A stretch of DNA of 64,000 bases from an uncultured Gemmatimonadaceae bacterium (GCA_963751275.1 CAVVTZ010000007.1:256001-320000), one strand, 5' to 3'; shown: positions 20,046 to 30,886, counted from the first letter of the stretch. Numbers and translations are program-made. The notes: a model not told the origin generated them from the letters alone.

Positions 20046-22222
20046 GCCCCGAGAAGATCTTCGCCGGCGGCGCACTGGGCGTGGAAGTCGAGGACGGCGT
20101 CGCGGTCATCACGTTCGATTTGCCCGGCGAGAGCGTGAACAAGTTCACCAGTGGCGTGGTGGACGAGTTCGCGTCGATCCTGGACCGGCTGCAGCGCGAC
20201 AACGACATCAAGGCGGCGGTGCTGATCTCCGGCAAGCCCGACATGTTCATCGCCGGCGCGGACATCGACCAGTTCCTCACCATCCGCATGGCGAGCGATG
20301 GCGAATCGATGAGCGCCGCGGGGCAGCTCATGATGGACCGGCTCGCGCGGATCCGCACGCCGATCGTGGTGGCGATCCATGGCGCGTGCATGGGCGGCGG
20401 CCTCGAGGCCGCGCTCGCGTGCGCGTACCGCATCTGCACCGATCATCCGAAAACAGTGCTCGCGCTGCCCGAGGTGATGCTCGGCCTCATTCCCGGCGCC
20501 GGCGGCACACAACGGCTGCCGCGCACGGTGGGACTGCGCAACGCGCTCGACATGATCCTCACCGGCAAGAACATCCGCGCGAAGAAAGCGCTGCAGATGG
20601 GGCTGGTGGATGAGATGGTGCACCCGGCGATCCTGCGCGAGATCGCCATCGACCGCGCGAAGAAGCTCGGCGCCGGCTCGATGAAACGCTCGCGCGGCGC
20701 GAAGTCCATCGGATTCATGGGCTGGGTGCTCGAGAAGAACCCGCTCGGGCGCGCGATCGTCTTCCGGCAGGCGCGTGCGAGCGTGATGGAGAAGACGCAC
20801 GGGAATTTCCCGGCGCCGCTCGCGGCCATCGAGGCGGTGCGCACCGGGCTCTCGCACGGCATGGCGCGCGGATTCCACGAGGAAGCGCGGCTGTTCGGCG
20901 AGATGTCGGTGACCGAGGCATGCAAGCAGCTGATCTTCCTCTTCTTCGCCACCACCGCGCTCAAGAAGGACCCTGGCACCGACGAGCCTGCCGAAGCACT
21001 GCCCGTCGCGAAGCTCGGTGTGCTTGGCGCGGGATTCATGGGCGCCGGCATCGCGAGCATCGCCGCGATGCAGAAGACCACCGTGCGCCTGAAGGACGCC
21101 ACGCTCGACCGCGTGGCGAAGGGGCTCAAGGCGGTCTCCGATGTGCTGCGCGAGCGGCTTACCAGGAAGCAGATCACGCGCCGCGAGTACGAGGACCAGA
21201 TGCTCCTCGTGGGCGGTACCGTGGACTACTCGGGATTCTCGAGCGTGGACCTCGTGATCGAAGCGGTGTTCGAGGACCTCACGCTCAAGCACAAGGTGCT
21301 GAAGGAGACGGAGGCGGTCATCCCGGCCGACGCGATCTACGCGTCGAACACGAGCACGATCCCGATCACGAAGATCGCCGAGGTGTCGAAGCGGCCGGAG
21401 CAGGTGCTCGGCATGCACTTCTTCAGTCCCGTGCACAAGATGCCGCTGCTCGAAGTGATCGTGACGCCGAAGACGTCGCCGGTCGCGACCGTTACCGCGG
21501 TCGCGTTCGGCAAGAAGCTCGGCAAGCACGTGATCGTCGTGCACGATGGGCCGGGCTTCTACACCACGCGCACGCTGTCGGCGTACATGAACGAGGCCGG
21601 CTATCTGCTGGACGAGGGCGTGTCGATCGATGCGCTCGATCACGCGATGGTGGACATGGGATTCCCAGTGGGCCCGATCACGCTGATGGATGAGGTGGGG
21701 CTCGACGTGGGCGGCAAGGTGGGGCAGGTGCTGTTCGATGCGTTCGGCGAACGAATGAAGCCGAGCGCGTCGCTCGCGCGCGTGGCCGCCGACGGCCGCA
21801 CGGGGCGCAAGGGCGGCAAGGGATTCTATCTCTACGAGAACGGCCGTAAGAAGGGCGTGGACCGGAGCGTGTACGCGCTGCTGCCCACGGGCGCGAACCG
21901 GGTGGAGATGGCGGCCGCCGAGATGCAGCAGCGGTGCATGCTCGCGCTGCTGAACGAAGCGGCGCGCTGTCTGGAGGACGGCATCCTCCGCTCTGCGCGC
22001 GATGGTGACGTGGGTGCGGTGTTCGGCATCGGGTTCCCGCCATTCCTCGGCGGACCGTTCCGGCACATCGATCATGAGGGCGTGGACAACATCGTGCGCC
22101 AGCTCGAGCTGCTGCACACGCGATTCTCGCCGCGCTTCGAGCCGTGCCGATTGCTCATCGGGATGGCCGAGACGCACACGCGATTCTACCCGGCGGAGGG
22201 GAATCCGCTGGGAACTGCGTAA
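20042..22222 (+). CDS. fadJ: Fatty acid oxidation complex alpha subunit
   Basis: FIAGADI, GGGLE, LPEVMLG, GAGFMG, MHFFSPV, FGIGFPPFLGGPF. Confidence 0.93.
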   Translation: MSPEKIFAGGALGVEVEDGVAVITFDLPGESVNKFTSGVVDEFASILDRLQRDNDIKAAVLISGKPDMFIAGADIDQFLTIRMASDGESMSAAGQLMMDRLARIRTPIVVAIHGACMGGGLEAALACAYRICTDHPKTVLALPEVMLGLIPGAGGTQRLPRTVGLRNALDMILTGKNIRAKKALQMGLVDEMVHPAILREIAIDRAKKLGAGSMKRSRGAKSIGFMGWVLEKNPLGRAIVFRQARASVMEKTHGNFPAPLAAIEAVRTGLSHGMARGFHEEARLFGEMSVTEACKQLIFLFFATTALKKDPGTDEPAEALPVAKLGVLGAGFMGAGIASIAAMQKTTVRLKDATLDRVAKGLKAVSDVLRERLTRKQITRREYEDQMLLVGGTVDYSGFSSVDLVIEAVFEDLTLKHKVLKETEAVIPADAIYASNTSTIPITKIAEVSKRPEQVLGMHFFSPVHKMPLLEVIVTPKTSPVATVTAVAFGKKLGKHVIVVHDGPGFYTTRTLSAYMNEAGYLLDEGVSIDALDHAMVDMGFPVGPITLMDEVGLDVGGKVGQVLFDAFGERMKPSASLARVAADGRTGRKGGKGFYLYENGRKKGVDRSVYALLPTGANRVEMAAAEMQQRCMLALLNEAARCLEDGILRSARDGDVGAVFGIGFPPFLGGPFRHIDHEGVDNIVRQLELLHTRFSPRFEPCRLLIGMAETHTRFYPAEGNPLGTA

Positions 22223-22226
22223 GAGC

Positions 22227-22380
22227 AGGGCCTAGTAACGCTGAAACGGCGCGTCTGGGAGGCAGCGTGTAGTACGGCGCGGCGGGAGTGGACCAACGAA
22301 CCACTCTCGCCTTCGCCATTCAACTCCCGCCCTGCCGTACCACACGCTGCCTCCCAGACGCGCCTCTCAAGCGGTACTAG
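22227..22380. repeat. Family A palindromic (REP/REPIN-like) element, copy A1
   Basis: GGCGCGTCTGGGAGGCAGCGTGT...CACACGCTGCCTCCCAGACGCGCC. Confidence 0.9.
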
Positions 22381-22898
22381 TACCTATCTCGCAGTATTGC
22401 GAGGTGATGCCGCTCGTGTCCCGCGATGATGTACGCCAACGCGCGGACCGAGATCGCGTGCCCGCTCGCGTTGCCGGCGCGGGCCCAGGCCGCCTCATCG
22501 AAGCCGTTGAGCATCGCGATCGTCGACGCGCGTGCGGCCGCGAATTCCTCGAGCAGCTCATTCGTCGCGCGCGCGTCGAAGTTCCCCACCGGCACATAGG
22601 CGTTCTCGTCGAAGCCGGCCAACGCGGTGGTGTCGCCGCGGGCGATGCGCAGCGCGCGGTACGCGAAGATCCGCTCGGCGTCCGCCAGATGGCCGATCAC
22701 TTCCTTCGGGCTCCACTTACCGGGCGCGTAGCGCGACATCGCCCATGCGTCGCCGCGCGACTTGATGTACGCGACCGTGTCGGACAGCTGGTGCGCAATG
22801 TGGACTCGCACGTCGCCGTCGGGAACGAGCGCGATGTACTTGCCGTAGTACTCGAAGAACTCGCCGGCGGCGGGGCGGGAGGGGGCTGAAGTAGGCAT
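22377..22898 (-). CDS. DinB family protein
   Basis: RYAPGKWSPKEVIGHLADAER..IAGHERHH. Confidence 0.9.
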   Translation of the reverse strand: MPTSAPSRPAAGEFFEYYGKYIALVPDGDVRVHIAHQLSDTVAYIKSRGDAWAMSRYAPGKWSPKEVIGHLADAERIFAYRALRIARGDTTALAGFDENAYVPVGNFDARATNELLEEFAAARASTIAMLNGFDEAAWARAGNASGHAISVRALAYIIAGHERHHLAILRDRY

Positions 22899-22923
22899 GA
22901 GCGGAATCTAGCCAAGTGACTGG

Positions 22924-23499
22924 TCAGCGCGTGCCGGGCACCGGCGCGCGAACGAGGACGACGGAATCCCCCGACCAGATGCCGGAATTCACGTGGTTCG
23001 CCAGGAACGCGCGCACCTTCGACGTGCTGTCCGTCAGCACGGCCCACATCCCCAGCGAATCGACGGTGATCTCCTTCGGGTGTGCGTCCGAGTATTTCTG
23101 CAGCCACGATGCGTCGATCCAATGGAGAACGATCCGGCCACGCGTTTGGCGGCCGAACAGGATCCCATGGATCGCGATCGCGTTCCACCGTTCGTCCGCC
23201 TTCGACGGCGTGACATCCGCGAAGACCAATCCGCCGATCCGCGTGAGGTGGAGCTCGTCATGCTGCACGACGCCGTCGCCATACGTGGTGACGAGATACT
23301 CCTTGCTCGACGGCACATCGGGGAATGCGCGCACGATCACGATCGAGTCCGCCACGACGGTGTCCGCGGCGCCCTGCCAGTGTCCCACGATCGTGGAATC
23401 GGCGATCTCGTTCGCGCTGGAGTAGATCGGATTCTCCGACCCCGTGCAATACAATCCGCGTGCCGAGAGCAGCACGATCGCGAGCGCTTGGTATCGCAT
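22924..23499 (-). CDS. Hypothetical exported protein
   Basis: Signal-like N-terminus MRYQALAIVLLSA, NPIY..IVGHW; coding-like codon usage. Confidence 0.6.
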   Translation of the reverse strand: MRYQALAIVLLSARGLYCTGSENPIYSSANEIADSTIVGHWQGAADTVVADSIVIVRAFPDVPSSKEYLVTTYGDGVVQHDELHLTRIGGLVFADVTPSKADERWNAIAIHGILFGRQTRGRIVLHWIDASWLQKYSDAHPKEITVDSLGMWAVLTDSTSKVRAFLANHVNSGIWSGDSVVLVRAPVPGTR

Positions 23500-23602
23500 G
23501 GGCAATCTCCCGGGTCGGGGCGCCGCCCCATCGTCATGGCTGGCCGCGCACCTCTCCCGTGAATAGACTTTCACCCTCCCCCTGCCGCAAGCCGACGCCC
23601 CA

Positions 23603-25813
23603 ATGCGCCTTCGCATCCACTCCGCTCTGCTGCTTGCCCTCGCGCTGCCGCTCGCCGCGCAGCAGCCGGCCGCGCCCGATCTTTCCATTGAAAAGATCTT
23701 CGGCGGCGCCGATTTCAACGGCGCGAGCATGCCCGACATCCACTGGCTCCCCGATGGCAACGGCTGGGTGACGACGCGCCCCAACCCCGCCGGCGGCTCG
23801 GACATCGTGCGCATCGACGCCGCCACCGGCGCCGCCACGGTGCTCGCCGATGCCTCGCTGCTCGTGGATTCCGCGGGGAACCGCCTCGCGATCGAAGGCC
23901 TCACGCTCTCCGCCGACGCGTCGAAAGCGCTCATCTACCACAACAGCGTCCGCGTCTGGCGCGTGAACACGAAGGGCGTCTATCACGTCTTCGACTTCGC
24001 GACGAAGAAGCTCACGCCGCTCTCCACGAAGCCCGGCTACCAGATGTTCGCGAAGTTCTCACCCGACGCGAAGCACGCCGCCTTCGTGCGCGACAACAAT
24101 CTCTTCGTCGTCACCTTCGCCACCGGCGCCGAGCGCGCGCTCACGGCCGACGGGTCCAATACCATCATCAACGGCACGAGCGATTGGGTCTACGAAGAAG
24201 AGCTCGGGATCCGCGATGGATTCCGCTGGAGCCCCGACAGCAAGCGCATCGCCTTCTACCGCTTCGACCAGAGCCCCGTGCCGCTCTACCCGATCCTCGA
24301 CCAGCACGAGGTGCACGCGAAGACCATCAACATTCGGTACCCGCAGCCGGGCGATTCGAACTCCTTCGTGAAGGCCGGGGTGGTCGAGGTCTCCAATGGG
24401 CACATCGTCTGGATGCAGACGGAGAACGAGAACGACTACCTGGCGACGCTCGACTGGGTCGGCAGCGACTCGCTGTCCGTGCAGCGCCTCGCGCGCTGGC
24501 AGAATCGCATCGACCTGCTCATGGCGAGCGCCACCACCGGCCTCACGCGCCGCGTGCTGATCGAGACGGATTCCGCGTGGGTCGATGTCGATCGCGGCGC
24601 ACCCTACTGGCTCGCCGGCGGCAAGATGTTCCTCTGGCCGAGCGAGCGCAGTGGTTGGCGCCGATACTACCTGTACATGCGCGACGGCACGCCGGTGCGC
24701 GCGATCACCCCCAATGGCTCGGACGCGGTCGCGATTGACGGCATCCCGGCCACGCAAACGATGTTCATCACCGAGGCCGCGCCCAATGCGCTCGAGCGGC
24801 AGGTGTTCAGCTATGCGCTCACCCGCAAACCCGAGCGCGCGCGCGTGACCACCGAGCCCGGCACCCACGCGGCGAACGTCTCACCCAACGGCCGCTGGTT
24901 CATCGATATCCATTCCGCCGCCGGACTTCCCCCCTCGGCCACATTGCGCGACGCCGGCACGCTCGCCGCCAAGCGCGTGCTCGAGGGGAACGAGGCGCTG
25001 CGTGCCAATCTCGCGCGCCAAACGAAGCCGCAGACCTTCTTCCCGATCACGATGCCCGACGGCGTGCAGCTCAACGCCTTCCGCATCACCGCGCCGGATT
25101 TCGACAGCACCAAGCCGCACCCCGTGGTGATGTACGTCTACGGCGGGCCGAATTCGCAGACGGTGCAGAACACCTTCGGCGGCAAGCGCGAACTCTGGCA
25201 CCAGCTGCTCGCGAAGAAGGGATACGTCGTGGTGAGCGTCGATGGCCGCGGTACCGGCGCGCGCGGGTCGGCGTTCCGCCACGCCGTCTACATGAAACTC
25301 GGGCAGCTCGAATCGCAGGACCAGATCGACGCCGCCAAATGGATCGCCAAACAACCGTGGGCCGACGCGACGCGCATCGCGATCTGGGGATGGAGCGGCG
25401 GCGGCTACATGACCGCGCTCACCACCAGCCGCGGCGGCGGCGTGTTCAAGAGCGGGATCGCGGTGGCCCCGGTGATCGATTGGCGCCTGTACAATGACAT
25501 CTACACCGAGCGCTACATGCGGACGCCCGGTGCGAACCCCAATGGCTATACGAAGGGCGCGGTCATCCCGTACGTGGGCACGCTCGCGGCGCGCCTGCTC
25601 ATCGTGAGCGGTACGTCGGACGACAACGTGCATCCGCAGAACACATTCTGGATGGTGAATGCGCTCGAGGCTCGGGGGACGCAGTTCGAGATGATGATGT
25701 ACCCGGGACGCACGCACTCGATATCGGGAGGCAACACACAAGTGCACCTCTTTACCATGATGACCGACTTCCTGCAGCGCACGATCGGCCCCGACAACGC
25801 GGTGGCGAAGTGA
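23603..25813 (+). CDS. S9B dipeptidyl peptidase IV
   Basis: Signal peptide, NGTSDWVYEEE, VYGGP, GWSGGG nucleophile, DDNVH, His in RTHSI. Confidence 0.93.
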   Translation: MRLRIHSALLLALALPLAAQQPAAPDLSIEKIFGGADFNGASMPDIHWLPDGNGWVTTRPNPAGGSDIVRIDAATGAATVLADASLLVDSAGNRLAIEGLTLSADASKALIYHNSVRVWRVNTKGVYHVFDFATKKLTPLSTKPGYQMFAKFSPDAKHAAFVRDNNLFVVTFATGAERALTADGSNTIINGTSDWVYEEELGIRDGFRWSPDSKRIAFYRFDQSPVPLYPILDQHEVHAKTINIRYPQPGDSNSFVKAGVVEVSNGHIVWMQTENENDYLATLDWVGSDSLSVQRLARWQNRIDLLMASATTGLTRRVLIETDSAWVDVDRGAPYWLAGGKMFLWPSERSGWRRYYLYMRDGTPVRAITPNGSDAVAIDGIPATQTMFITEAAPNALERQVFSYALTRKPERARVTTEPGTHAANVSPNGRWFIDIHSAAGLPPSATLRDAGTLAAKRVLEGNEALRANLARQTKPQTFFPITMPDGVQLNAFRITAPDFDSTKPHPVVMYVYGGPNSQTVQNTFGGKRELWHQLLAKKGYVVVSVDGRGTGARGSAFRHAVYMKLGQLESQDQIDAAKWIAKQPWADATRIAIWGWSGGGYMTALTTSRGGGVFKSGIAVAPVIDWRLYNDIYTERYMRTPGANPNGYTKGAVIPYVGTLAARLLIVSGTSDDNVHPQNTFWMVNALEARGTQFEMMMYPGRTHSISGGNTQVHLFTMMTDFLQRTIGPDNAVAK

Positions 25814-27474
25814 AGCGCGCGCTCGCACTCAGCGTCGCCACGCTGCTCGCGGCGTGCGGCGGATCCGCCGCAACCGGCAAGCCTGGCCCGTCGAGCACGC
25901 CGCAGACGCGCGCCGAGGCCACGAACTATGCGGAGACATCGCACTACGCCGACGTGATCGCTTTCCTCGATACGTTGCAGAAACAGGGCGTCCCCATGTA
26001 CCGCACCACGATCGGCACCAGCACCGAGGGGCGCGCGATCCCGATGGTGGTCCTCTCGCGGCCGGTGGTGCACACGCCCGCCGAAGCGCACGCACTGGGC
26101 CGGCCCATCGTGTACGTGCAGGCGAACATCCACGCGGGCGAGGTGGAAGGGAAAGAGGCGCTGCTCGCGCTCATCCGCGACATGGAGAAGGACGGCCACA
26201 AGAACGTGCTCGATTCGATCGTGCTGCTCGCGGTGCCCATCTACAACGCCGACGGCAACGAGAAGTGGGCGCCGCAGTCGGTGAATCGCACCGAGCAGAA
26301 CGGGCCCGATACCGTGGGGCAGCGCGCGAACGGGCAGGGGCTCGACCTCAATCGTGACTACGTGAAGGGCGAAGCGCCCGAGACGCGCGCATCGCTCGCC
26401 GTGCTCAACGCATGGGATCCGGATGTGTTCGTGGACCTGCACACCACCGATGGATCGTTCCACGGTTACGCGGTCACGTATGCGCCGTCGCTGAACCCGG
26501 CCGCGACCTTCGGCGGCCCGTACGCGCGTGATTCGATGCTCCCCGCCATCCAGAAGAACCTCAAGGCGAAGAACATCGCCACCTTCGACTACGGCAACTT
26601 CTCGCTCGACTACGGCAGCGACGTGAACGCCGACACGATCAAGCAGGGCTGGTACACGTACGATTCGCGCCCGCGTTTCGGCACCAACTATGTGGGGCTC
26701 CGCGGCCGCGTCGCGATCCTCGTGGAAGGCTACTCGCACGATCCCTTCGACCGGCGCGTGGCCACGATGTACGCGTTCGTGCAGCAGATCCTCTCGTACT
26801 CGGCCGCGCACGGCAAGCAGCTCACCGCGCTCTCCAAGCGCGCGGACTCGGCGGTGGTCGCCTGGGGTGCGTCGCCCGGCGCGTCGCCGGCGCTCGCGCT
26901 GCGCTCGACGCTCGCGCGCTCGCCCCTCGAGGAAGTCGTGATCTCCGAGGATCTCGTGACCACCGGCGACTCGTCGCTCACGCAGCCAGGCGTGCCGCGC
27001 GGACTCAAGCGCACCGGGCATTTCCGCTCGCAGATGATGCCCGTGTACGTCTCATTCGAGGCGACGCTCACGAAGAAGATGCCCTTCGCCTACGCGATCC
27101 CCGGCGGCGACAGCGCGGTGGTGCGCGTGCTCAAGATGCACGGCGTGCAGTTCGAGCCGCTCGCGAATCCGTGGCCGGTGCTCGTGCAGCGCTATGTGAT
27201 CGACAGCGTGCATCACGCCGCACGTCCCTTCCAGGGGCACCACGAAACAACCGTGTTCGGCACGTGGCGCGACACGCTCGCCACGCTCCCCGCCGGCACG
27301 GTGCTCGTGCGCAACGCGCAGCCGCTGGGTGTGGTCGCGTTCTACCTGCTGGAACCGGAGAGCGATGACGGGCTCGTGACGTGGAATTTCTTCGATGAAG
27401 CGATCGCGCCGGGCTTCACCTTCCCGGTGTGGCGCATTCCCGGCGCCGCCGGCGGATTGAACCAGCCCCTCTAG
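25810..27474 (+). CDS. M14 zinc carboxypeptidase-family lipoprotein
   Basis: Lipobox LAAC; IHAGE, NADG, DLNRD, DLH. Confidence 0.9.
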   Translation: MKRALALSVATLLAACGGSAATGKPGPSSTPQTRAEATNYAETSHYADVIAFLDTLQKQGVPMYRTTIGTSTEGRAIPMVVLSRPVVHTPAEAHALGRPIVYVQANIHAGEVEGKEALLALIRDMEKDGHKNVLDSIVLLAVPIYNADGNEKWAPQSVNRTEQNGPDTVGQRANGQGLDLNRDYVKGEAPETRASLAVLNAWDPDVFVDLHTTDGSFHGYAVTYAPSLNPAATFGGPYARDSMLPAIQKNLKAKNIATFDYGNFSLDYGSDVNADTIKQGWYTYDSRPRFGTNYVGLRGRVAILVEGYSHDPFDRRVATMYAFVQQILSYSAAHGKQLTALSKRADSAVVAWGASPGASPALALRSTLARSPLEEVVISEDLVTTGDSSLTQPGVPRGLKRTGHFRSQMMPVYVSFEATLTKKMPFAYAIPGGDSAVVRVLKMHGVQFEPLANPWPVLVQRYVIDSVHHAARPFQGHHETTVFGTWRDTLATLPAGTVLVRNAQPLGVVAFYLLEPESDDGLVTWNFFDEAIAPGFTFPVWRIPGAAGGLNQPL

Positions 27475-27526
27475 CCGTCTAGCTTCCGTGAGCCGCGCGC
27501 CACTCCCCGCCACCGTCACCGCCTGA

Positions 27527-28465
27527 ATGCTGCGCCAGACGTTCCTCTATCTGTCCAACCAGCCCACGATCTTCCGCTTCGTGCGGAACAACGGGCTCGC
27601 CAAGAAATTCGCGAACCGCTTCGTCGCCGGCGAGACGCTCGACACCGCGATCGAAGCGGTACGCGCGCTGAACAAGCAGAAGATCACCGCGTCGCTCGAT
27701 CTCCTTGGCGAGAGTGTGACGAACGAGATCGAAGCGCGCGCCGCGAGCGCGCAGTACCTCGAGATGCTCGACCGCATCCACAAGGAGAAGCTCGACGCCA
27801 ATGTGAGCGTGAAGCTCACGCAGATGGGCCTCGACATCTCGGAGTCGCTCTGCGTCGAGATCATGCGCGGCATCCTCGCGCGCGCGAAGCAGTATGGCAC
27901 CTTCGTGCGGCTCGACATGGAGTCGAGCGAGTACACCGAACGCACGCTCAAGATGTTCGAGGAGAAGCTCTATCCCGGCTTCCGGGCCGAAGTGGGGATC
28001 GTGCTGCAGAGCTATCTCTTCCGCACCGAGGCCGACGTGAAGAACGCGATCGCGCTCGGCGCGCGCGTGCGCATCTGCAAGGGCGCGTACAAGGAGCCGC
28101 CGAGCGTGGCGTACCCGCTCAAGGCCGACGTGGACGCGAATTACGTGCGCTGCATGCACCAGCTGATGAAGGAGGGGAACTACACCGGCATCGCGACGCA
28201 CGATGAGGCGATCATCGCCGAGGCGAAGCGGTACGCGAAGGAGCAGCTGATCGGCCCGGACCGGTACGAATTCCAGATGCTGTACGGCGTGCGGCGCGAC
28301 CTGCAGGAGGAGAACGTGCGCGAGGGGTACCGCATGCGCGTGTACGTGCCGTTCGGCACACAGTGGTATCCGTATCTCATGCGGCGGCTGGCGGAGCGTC
28401 CCGCGAATCTCGCGTTCATCACGGGCAGCGTGATGCGCGAAGCGTTCCGCCGGAAGAAGAAGTAG
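27527..28465 (+). CDS. Monofunctional proline dehydrogenase
   Basis: RFVAGE, SVKLTQ, LDME, KGAYKE, ATHD, EFQMLYG, RRLAERPAN. Confidence 0.94.
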   Translation: MLRQTFLYLSNQPTIFRFVRNNGLAKKFANRFVAGETLDTAIEAVRALNKQKITASLDLLGESVTNEIEARAASAQYLEMLDRIHKEKLDANVSVKLTQMGLDISESLCVEIMRGILARAKQYGTFVRLDMESSEYTERTLKMFEEKLYPGFRAEVGIVLQSYLFRTEADVKNAIALGARVRICKGAYKEPPSVAYPLKADVDANYVRCMHQLMKEGNYTGIATHDEAIIAEAKRYAKEQLIGPDRYEFQMLYGVRRDLQEENVREGYRMRVYVPFGTQWYPYLMRRLAERPANLAFITGSVMREAFRRKKK

Positions 28466-28468
28466 CGA

Positions 28469-28855
28469 GTGGGTCAGCATCTTCCGCCGGACCATTCGAA
28501 GGGCGACGACAGCACGATCGGCGGCTGGATGGCGGTGCACGACCGCCCCGCGGGGCTCGAGGGGAGCGACGGCCTCAGTTATACCGTGGAAATCGAGGTC
28601 GACGAGACCGAGGATCCGCGCGCGAGTTACGCCGCGTACTTCGTGTTCGTGCGCTGGAGCCGCGGCGAGCCGCGGGTGACCGGACATCGCGAAACCGATT
28701 ATCTGGCGCGCGCGCGCACCGAGGATGAGGCGCGCGCGATCGTGGGCGCGCTCAAGATCGAGGAAGCGAAGCGCCTGCTCGACCAGGCGATCGCGGACCG
28801 CGGGCCGGCGAACGACCTCCCGTACTGGGACATCGCGCGGGAGGGGGAGCAGTGA
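28469..28855 (+). CDS. Hypothetical protein
   Basis: 128-aa ORF packed between proline dehydrogenase and rsgA (GTGA overlap). Confidence 0.7.
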   Translation: MGQHLPPDHSKGDDSTIGGWMAVHDRPAGLEGSDGLSYTVEIEVDETEDPRASYAAYFVFVRWSRGEPRVTGHRETDYLARARTEDEARAIVGALKIEEAKRLLDQAIADRGPANDLPYWDIAREGEQ

Positions 28856-29742
28856 GCGCAGTACCGGGGCGCGTGTTGAGTGGCACCGGTGGCGTGTGGC
28901 AGGTGCGCGATGCGGCGGGAGTGGTGCACGACGCGAGCATGCGGGGGCGGCTCAAGGATGCCGACGGATTGAAATTGTCCGTGGGCGATGAGGTGATGCT
29001 CGACCTCTCGACTTCGCCGGCGATATCAGAGATCCTGCCGCGACACTCGACGCTGGCGCGCCGCGCGCCGGGGAACAGGTACCAGTCTCGTGTGGTGGTG
29101 GCCAACGTCGATCAGGTGGTCGTTGTGTTCGCCGTGGTGAAGCCCGAGCCGCACCGGCGGATGCTCGACCGGTTCCTGGTGATCGCCGAGTCGAACGGGA
29201 TCCCCGCGCGGATCGTGATCAACAAGGTGGATCTGGATCCAAGGGCGGACGAACAGTTCGCGGACTACGAGAGGGCGGGGTACCCCGTGCACTACACGAG
29301 CGTGAAGAAGCGGCTCGGCCTCGAGGAGCTCGGCGCCGTGCTCGCGGGGCGGGTCTCGGCGCTCACGGGGCCGTCGGGAGTGGGGAAGTCATCGCTGATG
29401 AACGCGATCTATCCGGGATTGAATCTGCGGGTGGGCGAGATCAGCGAATCGGTGAACAAGGGCCGCCATACTACTGTGGGCGCGCTCATGTATCCGCTGC
29501 CGGACGGCGGCTATGTCGTCGACACGCCCGGACTGCGCGAAGTAGGCATCTGGGGCGTGGACGCGGCTGAACTCGCGCAGTGCTTTCCGGAATTCAGACC
29601 GGCGCTCGGCACGTGCAAGTTCAACGATTGCCGCCACATCAAGGAGCCAGGCTGCGCACTGCGGGCTCTCGTGGTGAGCGGAGGAGTAAGCGCCGAGCGG
29701 TACGACAGTTTCCTGCGGCTGCTCGAGGAGATCGCCGGTTAG
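28852..29742 (+). CDS. rsgA: Ribosome small subunit-dependent GTPase A
   Basis: NKVD, GPSGVGKS, GRHTT, DTPG, CKFNDCRHIKEPGC. Confidence 0.95.
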   Translation: MSAVPGRVLSGTGGVWQVRDAAGVVHDASMRGRLKDADGLKLSVGDEVMLDLSTSPAISEILPRHSTLARRAPGNRYQSRVVVANVDQVVVVFAVVKPEPHRRMLDRFLVIAESNGIPARIVINKVDLDPRADEQFADYERAGYPVHYTSVKKRLGLEELGAVLAGRVSALTGPSGVGKSSLMNAIYPGLNLRVGEISESVNKGRHTTVGALMYPLPDGGYVVDTPGLREVGIWGVDAAELAQCFPEFRPALGTCKFNDCRHIKEPGCALRALVVSGGVSAERYDSFLRLLEEIAG

Positions 29743-30020
29743 CTTGCGGCCCTTTTCCGCCGCGCCACCAGCCAGCTGGGCGTGATCAGGATCGGCGGCA
29801 GGCAGCGGAACAAGAAGAGCCACAGCGCTGCGGCAATGATCGCGACAGTCGCGCCAAGATTGAAGCAATGGCCATTGATACCAAGCGCGACGGGCGCTGG
29901 CAGCGAGATGTTCACCGACGCGAACATGTTGGAGTGGTCGAATGCGTAGGCAGCGATCGCTAGCAGCGCTGTCCAACCGAGCCAGATCATCACGATCGTT
30001 CGCGTTCGCCAGCGTCGCAT
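29739..30020 (-). CDS. Small 2-TM hypothetical membrane protein
   Basis: RBS GAGGAAGG; MRRWRTRTIVMIWLGW..., two hydrophobic segments. Confidence 0.5.
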   Translation of the reverse strand: MRRWRTRTIVMIWLGWTALLAIAAYAFDHSNMFASVNISLPAPVALGINGHCFNLGATVAIIAAALWLFLFRCLPPILITPSWLVARRKRAAS

Positions 30021-30070
30021 GCCCTTCCTCCTCGATGCCCCCTGGCGCCGACTAGGAGATATAGTATCGA

Positions 30071-30886
30071 ATGCGTCCGTACAACTCGGTGCTCGTCCTC
30101 GGACTCCTCCCCGGCCTCGTCGTCGGCTGCGTCGACCACAAATCCAGTGCAAAGCGGCAGCCGGCCGTTGTGCGCGACTCCGTGACCGCGCCCGCGCAGC
30201 CCGTAACGCGCAAGAATCCGCCGACGGGCGTCGCACCGGGCCTCGTGACCGCACGCTTCGAGGATGAGATCGCGCGCCCGCCGCATCCGCCGGTGCGCAC
30301 CGCCGGCGGCGAGCCCGACGCGAACATCCCACAATCCACCGACCGGATTGCCGCGAGCTTGCGATCGCAGCTCGCCGAGAAGGGAGGGATCCAGTGGGAC
30401 CCGTCGCGCCCGCTGAATTGGGGGGATTTCCGCGCGCCGCCGCAGCCGCAAGGACGCGAGGCGGCGCTCTCGGAGGTGGGACAGATCTCGGGCTCCGGAT
30501 GTGACGGATCGCAATTCCAGTTCGGCGTGATCGCGGCGTTCATCCCGAGCGAATCGTGGGTGCGGCCGGAGGTCGTGGCGAATCCCATGCAGAGCGCCGT
30601 CGCGCTCGCGCATGAGCAGGTGCACTTCAACATCTCCGAGATCATCTCGCGTGAGCTGCGGCGCACGCTCGCGACGGTGGACCATCCGTGCCAGATGTCA
30701 GATTCCGATCGCGATGCACTTGGTGCCGCGGCGTTCAATGATGAGAAGAACACGCAACAGCGGTACGACGACGAGACGGCGCATGGATTGAACTCGGAGA
30801 CGCAGGCGCGATGGGCGGCGTGGTCGGTGCAGATGCTCGGGTCGTTGTCGGCGTACGCGGCGCCGTTCGGGAGCAGGAAGAACTAA
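30071..30886 (+). CDS. DUF922-like putative zinc-protease lipoprotein
   Basis: Lipobox VVGC; W..RPLNWGDF, LAHEQVHFNISE, QQRYDDETAHG. Confidence 0.75.
   Translation: MRPYNSVLVLGLLPGLVVGCVDHKSSAKRQPAVVRDSVTAPAQPVTRKNPPTGVAPGLVTARFEDEIARPPHPPVRTAGGEPDANIPQSTDRIAASLRSQLAEKGGIQWDPSRPLNWGDFRAPPQPQGREAALSEVGQISGSGCDGSQFQFGVIAAFIPSESWVRPEVVANPMQSAVALAHEQVHFNISEIISRELRRTLATVDHPCQMSDSDRDALGAAAFNDEKNTQQRYDDETAHGLNSETQARWAAWSVQMLGSLSAYAAPFGSRKN

Noticed and set aside
19643..22177. Long antisense ORFs (here and at e.g. 32657-34498, 51332-53788)
   Set aside because: Shadow frames expected from high-GC codon bias opposite well-supported genes
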